64,000 nucleotides of DNA from Paragordius varius (lineage: Eukaryota; Animalia; Nematomorpha), in contig OZ176057.1 of NCBI GenBank assembly GCA_964247055.1, forward strand, positions 6,262,001 to 6,326,000, given 5' to 3'. Below, one piece after another: positions 52,250 through 64,000 of this stretch. The notes below the pieces were generated by a model. That model saw only the letters and a list, made by a program, of their open reading frames with translations. It did no database searches and was not told where the DNA came from. Position 1 is the stretch's first letter; each line of letters opens with the position of its first letter. Both the position numbers and the translations under genes were made by a program.

Positions 52250-52622
52250 ATGCATGAATTCATAGGCTGACCATCTATCGGTGGCTTCTTTGCGCAAAGA
52301 GTTTTGTAGAAAAAAGGAAAGTGATGGAAAATGGTTCCGGCAGGGTTGGTGTCCTTGTTTAGATGATTTTATGCAGTATCTAACAAAAATTAAAGGTCGA
52401 ATTTAAAATGATAAATAGTATAGTTACGTGATTCCACTAAATATCAACTTATGGAGGGTTGTTGCCTCCAACTAATTTGATTATTACAAACAAGAACCTA
52501 AGGTCCACTTTGTGATCATAGGTATCTTGACTAAGCATGTCGTAGGCCATATAAAGGGGTGTTCCAACAATGTCTGGAGTAAAGTTGCTTGAACGAAGGA
52601 CGGAAAGGCCAAAGTCAACCAT
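52250..52622 (-). pseudogene. STE20-like kinase 3' fragment, type A copy 7
   Basis: Track ORF 52449-52631 MVDFGLSVLRSSNFTPDIVGTPLYMAYDMLSQDTYDHKVDL; shared TAG; the second exon resembles that of copy 5. Confidence 0.85.
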
Positions 52623-54127
52623 ATAATACATTATTTAATAATGTGTGGTTTAATGTTATTAATTCATTGATAAAACGACTGACAAGTTTATTTTTTTGAT
52701 TTTTAGTCAAAAAAATTTGCATATGAAATATTTTGACAGCACGCTACATAATTCCATTAATCAGTTCAATTTTATATATGATACTAATCTAATTAAAATT
52801 AAGTGAGTAATTCTAAAACCAGTATTTACGAACTGTTATAGACGATTGTTGGATAATGTTTTACATTTTGCAAATAATGTTTTAATTATTTTAAAATGAT
52901 TGATGTGTTGTAATTGTTTTGTAGTTCAAACGTCATTATTTTTGCATTGTACTTGTCTGGTTTTATTTTGCTTTATCTGTGATAGCTAATTGATATAGCT
53001 AATTTTATTGCAAAATGCAAAAATTTATATCGCATTGGCTAATGAATTTTAAGTAAACAAAAATTTTTAAGCCCATAAATTATTCAAATTTTAATATTTT
53101 CAGGGGTTACTTGACTTTGTTTTGGTTTATTGCTTGAATGCAAATAACTTTGGCGTTATAAATACTGTTTTTAGCTCTCAGTTAATTCGATTAGGGGTAA
53201 TTATTTAAAAAATATCTCTATAGAATCCAAAAATACCCCTTTGGATAATTCCTTGTGAATATATTTTTGTCCGTTAACTCCTGTCCAATTTTTCACTCAT
53301 GTATTTTGTACAATTTAGCATAGGCTCGTGATTTTCTCCCAAAAATCGCATAAGGTTATCATACAGCAAATATAACATTTCAATATATTTAAACGATGTA
53401 ACTCTTGTGTGAATATAAAAATGCAACAATCGAACAAATTATTTAGAACGCTATACCTATTAATATATTTATATGTGTTGCCTTTATTTTACTTTATAAA
53501 AATATGAAAATCGAACAAAGTTATTTAAAACGCTAAATGTACATACCAATCTATTGACATGCATTTTTTGAGTTATATTTTTAGATTTATATAAACGGGT
53601 GTTTGCCATAGACATCATTTTATTAAACCAAAGTTGAGATAAATAAAATTCGATTTTATCCGATTATTTTTAAAGTAATTTTTATGTAATCCGCACAAAA
53701 ATGTTAAACCAATTTTTTATACTTATGGCCAGGAAGTTGTGGCTTTCTTTTTCAATATATTTGCAAAGTAAATAGCTATATAATTAGTATTTAGGTGATT
53801 TAATTAGATAGTAGGATAAATATTTCTTGACATCATTTCCTTTGATGATATTTGCATATTCTGAAAGGAAATGTATCAGGATAATCACAGTTTAATCCTT
53901 TACTAGTATAAAAAAGTTGTACACACATTTGTCGTAATCCATAGAAAATTTTCGCACATTTTGTTAAATAAATTTTTTTGCTTAAAGTTAAATCTATTTT
54001 AAAAAAGAGTCTTAGACCAAGGTTTTGTCGTGTGTTTAAAAAAAGATTTCTCTTTTTTTTAAATTTTTGCCGAAATTAAAAATTTTTACTAACATTTTGT
54101 AATTATATAAGATTTACAATAAATTTA

Positions 54128-54393
54128 CAGTAAATTTAAATTCTATCGAAAACTTAAAAGTATAAAGACGAAATTTTTCCAAAACACAACCATACTTTTC
54201 AAACCTTAATTTATTCTAACATTATACAATCAATCGTAAAATATATAATTGATTATTTTACCAATTCATTTATCTATTTCATATTTTGCAAACAAACAAT
54301 CAGATATAAAGATAAAAATTTATAAAGTATGGTATATTTAAAAAAAATATTATCTTTATATTTTTTCGTTTTGTCCATGTAATTTCAATTCTG
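54128..54393. mobile_element. MITE copy
   Basis: TA|CAGTAAA...AAAGACGAAATTTT..CAACCATACTTT and GTATGG...TTTTGTCCATGTAATTTCAATTCTG|TA. Confidence 0.65.
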
Positions 54394-54599
54394 TATCTAT
54401 AAGTTTGATTGAAAAACATTTGTGGATATGATGATTTGTTACATAAAATGTTGGTATTTATCAACGGTTATATCGCTTACGGGTCATAAAAGAATTTAAA
54501 TTCGTAAATGCGCATTTTACATTTAATAACCTTAACTTGATTTAGTATAAAATATAAAGACATGTTTGTAATTATTTTTTTGCATATATATATCGTACA

Positions 54600-55960
54600 T
54601 TATTGGCTGGGGAGATAAAAATGTTTAGGCTATTTAGGGATTGGCATTTAATAATGCCGTATAAATTTTTAGGATCGAGAGCTTATAATGAAAAATAATA
54701 AAGTTAACTAATTAACCCCATAATCATAACCTTATTCCGTTTCTAGAAATATTAAATTATAATTAACATGTCTTTATCAAAAGCTTTTGGCACAAAAGTT
54801 TACTGTAATAATAAGGGCCCATTATGTATGATGACAAGTTTGTTGTTATTAAGATTCAATATATGAAATTGACACGTGGCAAAAACTTCAACATTCAAAT
54901 AGGTTAAAGCATAGAAACTCAAATCCAACATTGTTATGTGGCGGCAAGGTGTAAAAGCAAATCGTTGAATTGAACTCACATTAGAGGCAGTAGAGTTTAT
55001 AGGAAATATTCCGGAACTAATTTTACCTAAAAACAATAAATTAATTTAAATTTAGATTAGTTTATTTTTTTAGTATATTACAACACAGTTTGGAAGATTA
55101 ATGCCCTACATACGCTTGCGAAGAAAGACACTAATATGCAATATGCTCACAAGATTTTAATTTGACATAATTAATTCTGAATAAGTCGCGTAATTGGCTA
55201 CTAACAAGATAAAATTGTTATGTGTTTGCACTTAAAAATGTAAAAAATGCGCGGTATTTGAATGCGGCCAGTTTTGATTCGGCCCGTGAAGCCATTGTTT
55301 GACACCCCTGGTTTAGAGTCCATTTTTTCTATTTTCAAAGGATATGGATTTGTCTTAAAAAACACTCGCTTACTCAGGATTGACCACGATAAAATGCTGA
55401 TGACGGACATCCTTTATTGTGTCTGAAACCGTTTTCGACTTTTTATTTATTATTATTTTTGACACGGTTTTAAATAAATTGTCATATATTAAAAATTCTA
55501 AATGGATCATCTTGAATGCTCGTAATGTGACATATCATTGAGAATACTAATATATTCTATTTAAAACCGTATAGTTTGTTCCGATCTCATATCTATATGA
55601 TGACAATTATCAAATTTAACTTTTGTTAACAATTTACGTTTCTACTCCCCTATTCCGTAACTAAAAACGATTTTTGTTTAAAATTGAAGTTAAACAGTTT
55701 TTTTTCAAAAAAGTAACAGCCTTTTACATCTTTTTATGTTTTCTCTTAATAAGACTAAATTAATACCAATATCACTGTTTCCAGTATACAGTGTATCTAT
55801 CACGGCGTAACTGTTTAGCACTTTAGTAAATCGAAATAAGTTGAGGAGCGTAGTTGGAAAATCAAAAGCACCCAAAAAGCCCTTTACAATTTTACAACGC
55901 ACCATTTTCTTAATGACATATGATTCGTAATGTTGCAAACAAACGCAATTAGGGACTCCA
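54600..55960 (-). pseudogene. Leucine-rich-repeat protein, probably pseudogenised
   Basis: LRRNT-like PNCVC...VRC (~55950-55885), exon ..IQRFAFTPCRHITMLDLSF..LTYL...ILNLNNNKL, then in-frame stops inside further LRR-like sequence. Confidence 0.5.
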
Positions 55961-56263
55961 AAAATGGGTACAGTTTGATTACTATCTCCATATTCTTAGT
56001 TCGTTTTGAGATTAAGCTACTGTAGACTTCCAATCCCACATTTGATGCATGAAAATAATGGTAAGGATTATCGATACAAATGTAAGTGGTAGGGAAAGCA
56101 TTGCAAATTTAAAAATGTTGATAAATTAAATTTTGTGAGGTTTTTGCATCTCTACACAACAATCATATTTTTTAGGTTATGATTGGAGACTGTAATTTAA
56201 AAAAAACTTAAACACAACTAAATTTACTTTGTCCATGTTACCCCAAAATATTTCCCAAACTTA

Positions 56264-56547
56264 CAGTAAAAACTGAAATTATACGGACAAAATGTAAAAT
56301 TTTAAAGACAAATATTTTAAAAGACATGCCTATTTTTTAAATTTTGAATTTCGAAATAACTTATTGTTTTTAATTGCAAAATACGAAATAGATATATTAT
56401 TACTAACACAATCAATTTCATATTTTATAATTGTAACTAAGTAGCTGATATGAGATAAATAAAGGTTCTAGAAAGTATGGTTGACTTTTAGACAAAAATA
56501 TTTGTGTTTATATTTTACTTTTTGTCTGTATAATTTCATATTTTACT
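56264..56547. mobile_element. MITE copy
   Basis: TA|CAGTAAAAACTGAAATTATACGGACAAAATGTAAA ... TTTTGTCTGTATAATTTCATATTTTACTA. Confidence 0.78.
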
Positions 56548-57118
56548 ACCAGCTAAATTATATTATTATCTGGGTTTGGTATTGAACAAATCGTAAAAAT
56601 AGATAAACAACATTTAATTCCTTAATCAATATTTATATGTACAGTAAAAACTTTAAGCAAATACAACTTTATAAGTCAATCTTTTCGAAGTATGTGTGTG
56701 ACAGTTATTTGTAATAAATTTATTAGCAATATCATCTTTTAGAAGATTTTTTCATTATATTTGGCTTTTTAACATTTTTAAAAGAGTTAAGGAAACAGTG
56801 TTAGGTCAAAACCGTTAAATATCTACTTTGTTTATATATATTTCATATATTTAGTTACAGTTTAGATTTAGCCAAAGGCCTCAATTACTAGTAGCTGCTA
56901 CAAAAGTTTATTGCATTAATACCATTAACCAAAAAATTAACCATTTAGCTTATGTGAAAAAATTGTCTTAACTATATAATTAACTAAACCAATCTCTAAC
57001 TGATATTTATACAAAAAACCATCATTTCGATTCCATGCTTAGACCACAACATACATGTATCATCTTCCATCACATCAAGAAGTTGTTTTTGAAAACTGGC
57101 TTGGTTAAATTTCTAAAA

Positions 57119-58090
57119 ATGTGGATAATGTTAACCATAACGGCTAATTTAAACCATTTTTCAGTCAAGGCTTTTCCTGAGGGTGCGCCCACATCTGTTT
57201 GCGATTCGATGGAACCAAATCCAAGATTTCACGGACATTCTTTAGTCGAAGGTACTCGAAGGCAACCTTTTCGTATTCTCGTTTCGGCTCGACAAGTTAA
57301 AGCTGGGAAAGTCGTGGCTGGTAAGTCAATATTTATAATAAAGTTTGGTTATTTCCATGTATATTTTTGATTTTACAGTAAATGTTGAAATTACCTCTCG
57401 GACAAAACGTAAAAACAATAGACAAATATTGTTTTTCAAATGTCACTGCACTTTTAACTTATTTGATTTAAATAATACTCATTGTTTTGCGTTATGTAGG
57501 AGGGAAAAGAGGTGTAAATTGTTAACACAATCAATCATATATTTTATGGTTGTAAATTAATAATTTACATGGGATAGGTTTAAAAAAATATTTTATGTTT
57601 TTTCCCAAGTCTACAAACTTTCAATTTACTACAAATGTGTTCGTATACGATTTAACTGTTAAAAGTTATAATGTAGGAAGAAGTGTCTGAAATAATACGA
57701 TAGGATTATACCGACCATGAAGGAAATTATATGACAGTACTTTGAATTGTTTTTGTCAAATTTTCGAATGTTATTATTGTAATACACATTTCAAAACTTA
57801 TTATATTGCTTCAAGTTATAAAAACAATTTTGTTAAATGCATTTTTATCCTTTAGTAAAGATTGTTGGACCAGTAGGGTATAAAGGTATCCTCCTACAAG
57901 CCCGCAATAACCAAACTGGAAAAATTATGGGTCGTTTTATTAGGGCAAAACCTGGAATTCAAATTATCAGCTGTTTTCCAGGAACCGAAAATGCCGTAAC
58001 TCATGATGGATCCCGGTCAGATTTATCCAAAACTGTTTATTTTTGGCAAGCACCTCAAAGATTTATACGTAGTACCACAATCGCATTCGT
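57119..58090 (+). CDS. Secreted Reeler-domain protein, partial model (exons 57119-57320, 57856-58090; 3' exons unresolved)
   Basis: Signal-peptide-like start, AFPEGAP..VC.SM.P..HG, then YKGILLQAR...GRF...ISC....AVTH.......FWQAP: the canonical Reeler pattern. The GT-AG intron contains a MITE. An upstream ATG at 57040 is also in frame. Confidence 0.8.
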
Positions 58091-58224
58091 GTAACCTTTT
58101 CTGTTTGCTATTTTTTTAGTTTAAAGTCCATATGAAGTGTTGTAATTATAGTAATAATTTGTGCATAGTAAGTGTAAAAGCAGAAAAACAATTTTATTTA
58201 AAAGACCGTTATTTCATTTAGAAT

Positions 58225-58478
58225 GTACTCTTTAGAATTTATAGGGACAAAGCGTAAAAACATAGACAAATATTTTTTCACATTTACAATCTAAATATAA
58301 CTTATGGTTTCTGATTGCGAATAACTGAAACGTGATTTGGCAAAATAATCAATTTATGTTTCCGAATTTTAATTATATAGCTTAAGTTTAAAAATATCAT
58401 GGATTAAAAAAAGTATGGTTGTATTGAAATTTTAGCCTGTATGTTTTTACAATACATGTATAATTTTAATTTTTACTG
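58225..58478. mobile_element. Degraded MITE copy in a Reeler gene intron
   Basis: GGACAAAGCGTAAAAACATAGACAAATATTT ... AAGTATGGTTG...TAATTTTAATTTTTACTG|TA. Confidence 0.6.
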
Positions 58479-58529
58479 TATATTAACGTAGAATTATACC
58501 ATTTTTCATGCAAAAACATCATTTTTTTA

Positions 58530-58670
58530 ACCTGCAACATTTTTTCAACCAAACGCAACATTTTTAAGCAAAGACAATATTTTTAAGCAAACATTTTTAA
58601 CAAACGCAACATTTTCAAGCAAACGCAACATTTTTCAACCAAAGACAACATTGTTTCAAGCAAAACGTCA
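58530..58670. repeat. ~21-bp minisatellite (about 7 copies)
   Basis: AAACGCAACATTTTT(C/T)AA(G/C)C repeated with variants. Confidence 0.8.
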
Positions 58671-60419
58671 TTTTTTAGACAAATTAAATCTCATTTTTTA
58701 CATTTTTTTAGAGGAAATTCGAAACAAACAATAGCTGCTTGAGAGGATAATATAAGGATGGCTCCAGAAATTAAAACTACTATTGGAGTTACTGGAGGTC
58801 CTACTTCTTTACAACCAAAACCGCCAGGCGGGTTAGGTCTACAGTCCCTAACTATAAATTTGGGAAAAATAAATTTATATTACCGAAAACAACTACGATA
58901 TTAAGTTGTTTTCAACTGTTAACTGATTGTACTTTAAAAATTTAAATTAAAGTTTAAATACTTATATGATTTATAAAAAATACCTTTTTTATATTGATAC
59001 AACAAGCAAAATCATAAATTTAAAGGCATTATCTTTATACACGGGTGATTGTCACTGCGTTTTTTAATCTTTTCCTATTATCTAATTAATATTATTTTTT
59101 TAAATTTATTTATTTAAATTAACAATTATATGACAAATTGTTTTTTTTTGCATAATAAGAGTCATGTTAGAATTGACAACTATATTTTATAATGAAAGAT
59201 CAAAAAATAAATTTTAAACAATGGGCACCCAAGATTTTTATACAATTTTTTTAGGCATTTTCCTATTTCATAATCTCCAAACATATCACCAAATAATTTG
59301 AATCTCATTTTTTATAATTCCTTCTTAATCTTTTCATTCCACTTTAAATTCATAAAAATGCTTAATTTTTATTTTTCAAATCACAATATGTGTCTGTAGA
59401 GCGAAAGTGTGGTAATTACTAAATTTTGTATATTCATTTATTATATTTATATTTGAAATCATATACGTATTCCTATAATATTCTTTGGGCGCAATAAATT
59501 TTTAAAGGAATATATTTTTATCTTCATATAATCTTTTGAAGTTTGAGTTTGTACTTGAAATTTATTTTTTGTTGATTTCTTTAAAGCAAATTTATTTTCA
59601 AGTTGTTATTTTATTCGAAATTAATAACATCATATTTTCCAACAACAGTCACAATATAAAAATTGGCAGCTAAAAAGTTTGATTCGAGGATTTTGTACAT
59701 TTTCATGTTTTTTAAGAAAAATTATCATGCGCCTAAAAGTCTAAATAAAGCATATTTTCAAATTTGACCCAATGCTAGAAATAATTTTTAAGATATTTAA
59801 ATATTAAATGGCCCTTGGGGAGGGGGATAAAACGCTACCCCAAAAAACGAAGTGTTTACTAAATATACTTTTAATTTATGTATTTGACTATTTATTAATT
59901 TTTCGTTTTTATTGATAAATTAAAATTTTACAAAATTTTTCAAAAACCATTGGCAACAATAAATTTTGTAGAAGTTAATTTTCCTCTATTCAAAATGATA
60001 CCATGTTTTATTCCAAAAGGTGGTAAAAAATTTTATTTGATAATATATTAAAACATTTTTGGAGTTATGATGTACATTAGATCAAGGGTTGTCTAAAACA
60101 TCATTCCAAAAATATATGGACATTAATAATAATTATATTTATAGATCTAATACAAGGCTGTTGTAAAATTGCAACGTAATATAAACGATTTAATTTTGGC
60201 AGTTAATGGTTACTAATTGGAAAGATTTAATTGAGATAATTGATCCGACAATTATGAATTTTTCTAATATTTCATCATTTTTTGGTTGGAATTTAATATT
60301 TATTGGGTAATTTTAACTTTTTCGGTAATTAACAATGCGACATATAGATTAATTTATTTGACAATGGATATTACTGCTATAAAATAATGAAAAATTAAAA
60401 AAAACTATACGATTAAATT

Positions 60420-62310
60420 TTGTTGATGTGCTACTTTTTCCAAAAAGGCCAAGATTTCCAATCTTTTTTTGGCGGGAGTGTTATTCCATTTTCATTGGGA
60501 ATGTTGGGTTTTAAATTGAGAAATCCAATCCGAGTATGGTTTAAGCCTTGGTTCATTACAATATCCAAATGGAGTTTGTAATTTTTTTCTGGTTCAAATT
60601 TATGATTGTAGGTGTGTTCATTTTTTGATACCTATGATAGAAATACAGTTAAAATTGAAATTATACGGACAAAATAAAAACAATTCCTGAGACACGAACT
60701 GGCTCTATTGGGCTTGGAACCAACCCTGTTTTCATTCCATTTCGAAATCTTAGGATCAGCACGGTACCGAGTCCACCTCCAAAACTCCCATATGTTATTA
60801 AAAAATAAAATTGTTTTTTTTTAAATAAAATATTTTTTGTGGTTTTTTATCAAAATGGAAGGACACCATCATAATTTAAAAATTTATTGTTTAAATATTT
60901 TTTTGAGAAAATAATCATATGGTAACATTTTTTCTCTTATCCGATTGAAATTTTTTGAATATCTTATCTTGAACATTTAATAGAGCCACAGAATAATTAT
61001 TTATGCATATTAATTTAAATTTATAGAAGAATATATACCGTATTAATTTAAAATTAATACGGTAAAAACTTATATATTTAGCATTGTTTAAAAAAAGAAA
61101 ATATGATAAATATATCCAGTTTGTCCCTTCTTATATTTTATTTTTAAATATCCACCTAAATGCTTTTATAATCCCTAAATTTTAACAAAACCAAGCATAT
61201 CAATTATAGAACGCAAAAAATGAGTCACACTTTATATCAGTGGTACTTAAACTGCGACCCACGAGCCGTATCCCCTCAAACTGATTTTCCCATGCCAAAA
61301 TAAATTTTATCTTTCAATTCAATATAAACTGAAATGAAACCGGTTTTAAACTGTCCAGAACCGGTACCGAAACCGCTTAATTAAACCGGTGCCGGAATTT
61401 TAGGAAACACCCTTGCTTCCATTTTTATTATGAGAATCCCGATAGTTTCAGGTATAACTATTTTCGATCTGGTACAAAGCCCGGATAAAAGCTAAAGACT
61501 TTCTAAATACACTAAAAGACAACCATTATATTTTCTACATTAATTATAGAGTTCATTTCATAACTTTCCATTTTTTAACACAATTGAACCTTATACTGTC
61601 AAATTATATTGTATTATATTTTAGTTGATTCAATTTGGATTCATTAGAGAGAAAATTAGTACACTAATTTTGGCAATACGTTTGTGTTTTTGCCACCAAC
61701 TATTTAATCAGTCAAATCATAGAATATTTAGTAAAAAACATTTCTATAATGAAAAGTATGCGGTCAAACATAAAGATTAAAAGGCAAATATTTTTTACGA
61801 GAAGACCATCAATCATACTTTTAAAATTTTAATATATTAAAATAAAAAGCATCGTTTTGTTTGCAAAACGAGAATCAGCAGAAATGTAAATTGGTATTGT
61901 ACTCAATTATCTTGTCAAAAATTATAATTTTATAATTCAAGATCAAAAAAGTATGGCTGTCTTTTGGGACGAAACATTTGTCTTTTAATTTTTACTGTTA
62001 CATTATACACCATAAAACTAAAAAATAAAGAGAATATCCATCAGAAGCGCACAATATAATCGGTTTAATTTTCGTTATTATAAATAAATATACTTTTTAA
62101 CATAGCGAAAAACCGTTTAACTATTAATATAATATACCTACCTCTTTATCCAAATATAACTTTCCAGTATATTCTTCGGTGATTATCAGCTTTTGATATA
62201 ATATTTTAGCGGTGTCGACTCCTTTCAAATCCCAAGATATTTTGTAATCTCCGTTACCAATATGTTTAATGTCAAAGTCATCTCTATCCGGATTGCCTAA
62301 ATTATTGTAA
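60420..62310 (-). other. Candidate exons of an unidentified minus-strand gene
   Basis: Locally GC-richer open segments: HYNNLGNPDRDDFDIKHIGNGDYKISWDLKGVDTAKILYQKLIITEEYTGKLYLDKE|gtaggt (62133-62310, beta-sandwich-like) and NEHTYNHKFEPEKNYKLHLDIVMNQG..WKSWPFWK (60435-60620). The product is not recognised. Confidence 0.35.
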
Positions 62311-62984
62311 TGTAATAATTTAAATTTTACAAAGAAAACATAAAAATTAAAGGACAATTATTTTTTTAAACTGAAAATATTTACATAAACTATATATTTA
62401 TATAAAAAGATTTAATTCTTTATTTAAAAGATCTATAATTTTCAATCAAATCATAAAATAAACCTTTTGCAAAGGAAATGAAGATCAAAACACCATATAT
62501 TATCATGAAAGCTTTAAAGTAATCCATAATTCAAAAGAAAGTCAGAATGGCAAAATGTATAAAAAACAATTTGAATAACAAAATTTAAATATGGGTAAAA
62601 TGAATATATCAGAGTTTCTAGGATGTGCTGAGTCTGCAAAAACAATATTTTGCAAAAATATACGTAAACAAGGGCTCGATATCTTAAACAAACAAACAAA
62701 AATCTACACCTTAATGAGTTTAATTTAAAATATTTGTTATTTTAAAAAATGCTTTAATAGAATATAAATTTTGTACTTAAGTTTAGGGGGGGGGGGGGGG
62801 TGGGCAGCCCTCTAAATTATTGCAGTCCGCCTAGAAAAAAAAGTTACAGAATTTGAAAAATAGGGTCTTTTCAAAACGTTATGATTTTACTAATCTCAAA
62901 TTTTGTCAGCAAGCTTGCCAAGATTGGTGAATATAGTAGTATAATAATGATGTTATAATATTTTTTACAGTCTTATTAAATTCT

Positions 62985-63252
62985 AATAAGAATATCAATA
63001 AAAATTTAAATTATACGGACAAAACATAATAAAACAATTTTTTTACAAAAAAGATCTCTATACTTTTTTATATATCATCTAAATATCATCAAATTACAAT
63101 CGTAAAATACAATATTAATTTCCAATGGATATCTCTAGAAACTTTTCAGTTTTAAACACTATTTTATACCCAAATCAATTAAAAGTATGCTTTGGAAATA
63201 AAATAATCAGCTGATTTTTACGTTTAGTCCCTATAATATCAATTTTAATGTA
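62985..63252. mobile_element. Degraded MITE copy (another at ~61730-61998)
   Basis: TTATACGGACAAAACATAA ... TTTTTACGTTTAGTCCCTATAATATCAATTTTAATG|TA. Confidence 0.6.
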
Positions 63253-64000
63253 ATTCCACATTTTAGAATGCGGGTCGCTGAATTCCATCAATCATAAATG
63301 CGCAAATTTATACATAATAATTGAAAAGAATAGCGGTATATTGCTTAAATAAAACTTTTTCACCTTTTTAGGGTATTATATCCCAGAGCGATTTAGAATT
63401 TGAAAGAACTATTTAAAATATTAGGTCGCATTTAAAAATATGTTTTCTTAGCCTTTTACGCGCATAATCCAAAAAAAACTTTAAAAATGTAAAAATCATC
63501 ATCTGAAACATTATTTAATTTTATTAATAGAAACTACTTAAGATTACAGGATGCATTTTACCAGCAAATAGAAATTTAATCATTTTTTCAATCGTTTAAT
63601 TAGAGCTGTCTAAATTTTAGGTAGAAGTCAAAAAACTATAAAAAATTAAAAGCTATCAAACACAGGAAAACAATCATAATTAAATTTAAGCAAAAATAAC
63701 TTACTGTAGTATTTTCAAAATTGGGTTCTGCGAAGACTACAAAAAGTGGAGTGGTCTTTATGTATTATTAATATTCAATGAAACTATTTTTGCAAGATAA
63801 AATCTATGTAATTTTTGACGTTCACAATTTTATTTTAGAGTGCATTTGAGATGTAAATTTTTAATCACTCTACAAAAATTTTTTTGACAAAATAATTTTT
63901 TTTCATGAGGTAACTCATGACCAGCAAATTTATTTGCCGTAAAAATTATTATGTGTTGACAACCTAGTTTTTGAAATAATTGAGAGATAATCAAAATCAA

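Larger units (their letters stand above)
51339..53891 (-). repeat. Dispersed, inverted copy of the kinase-pair repeat unit (unit 7)
   Basis: The reverse complement matches 23299-24500, the kinase pair, and the tail at 14540-14710/33300-33450. No TIR or TSD was seen at its ends. Confidence 0.88.

Noticed and set aside
58739-58742. In-frame TGA in a candidate Reeler exon as selenocysteine
   Set aside because: The exon itself is unproven, the position is not a conserved Cys, and no SECIS was identified.
61238-61410. CAGTGGTACTTAAACTGCGACCCACG and AACCGG repeats as a complete hAT MITE
   Set aside because: They look like transposon end remnants, but no matching TIR pair or TSD could be assigned.
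62786-62804. Poly-G run as a functional G-quadruplex
   Set aside because: A single homopolymer with no supporting context, and its length is unreliable in assemblies.

Overview
Very AT-rich eukaryotic (animal) genomic DNA with spliceosomal introns. There is no evidence for prokaryotic features, and the ORF track's TTG/GTG starts are mostly artefacts. The left ~35 kb is a repeat landscape built around one recurring ~1.1-kb cassette: two diverged copies (A and B) of the 3' half of a STE20-like protein kinase gene (subdomains VII-XI, with their intron) lying tail-to-tail as an inverted repeat. The cassette occurs 7 times (14 fragments, all disabled): three times in a ~5.2-kb tandem unit, three times in a ~2.72-kb tandem unit, and once inverted just behind PGGT1B. 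Nested in this region is a hAT (Blackjack-like) transposon (15721-21957, perfect 8-bp TSD TATATATC). It carries an almost intact RTE-clade LINE (one nonsense codon) and an antisense, deleted copy of its own transposase. The right part holds real genes: ELP6 (+), LEMD3/MAN1 (-), PGGT1B (+, start codon only 58 nt from that of LEMD3, with an apparent 22-nt first intron), an LRR pseudogene (-) and a Reeler-domain gene (+). Their introns are packed with a ~280-bp TA-targeting MITE. Gene and family identities come from motif recognition in manual translations, not from database searches. Repeat boundaries are approximate unless stated.
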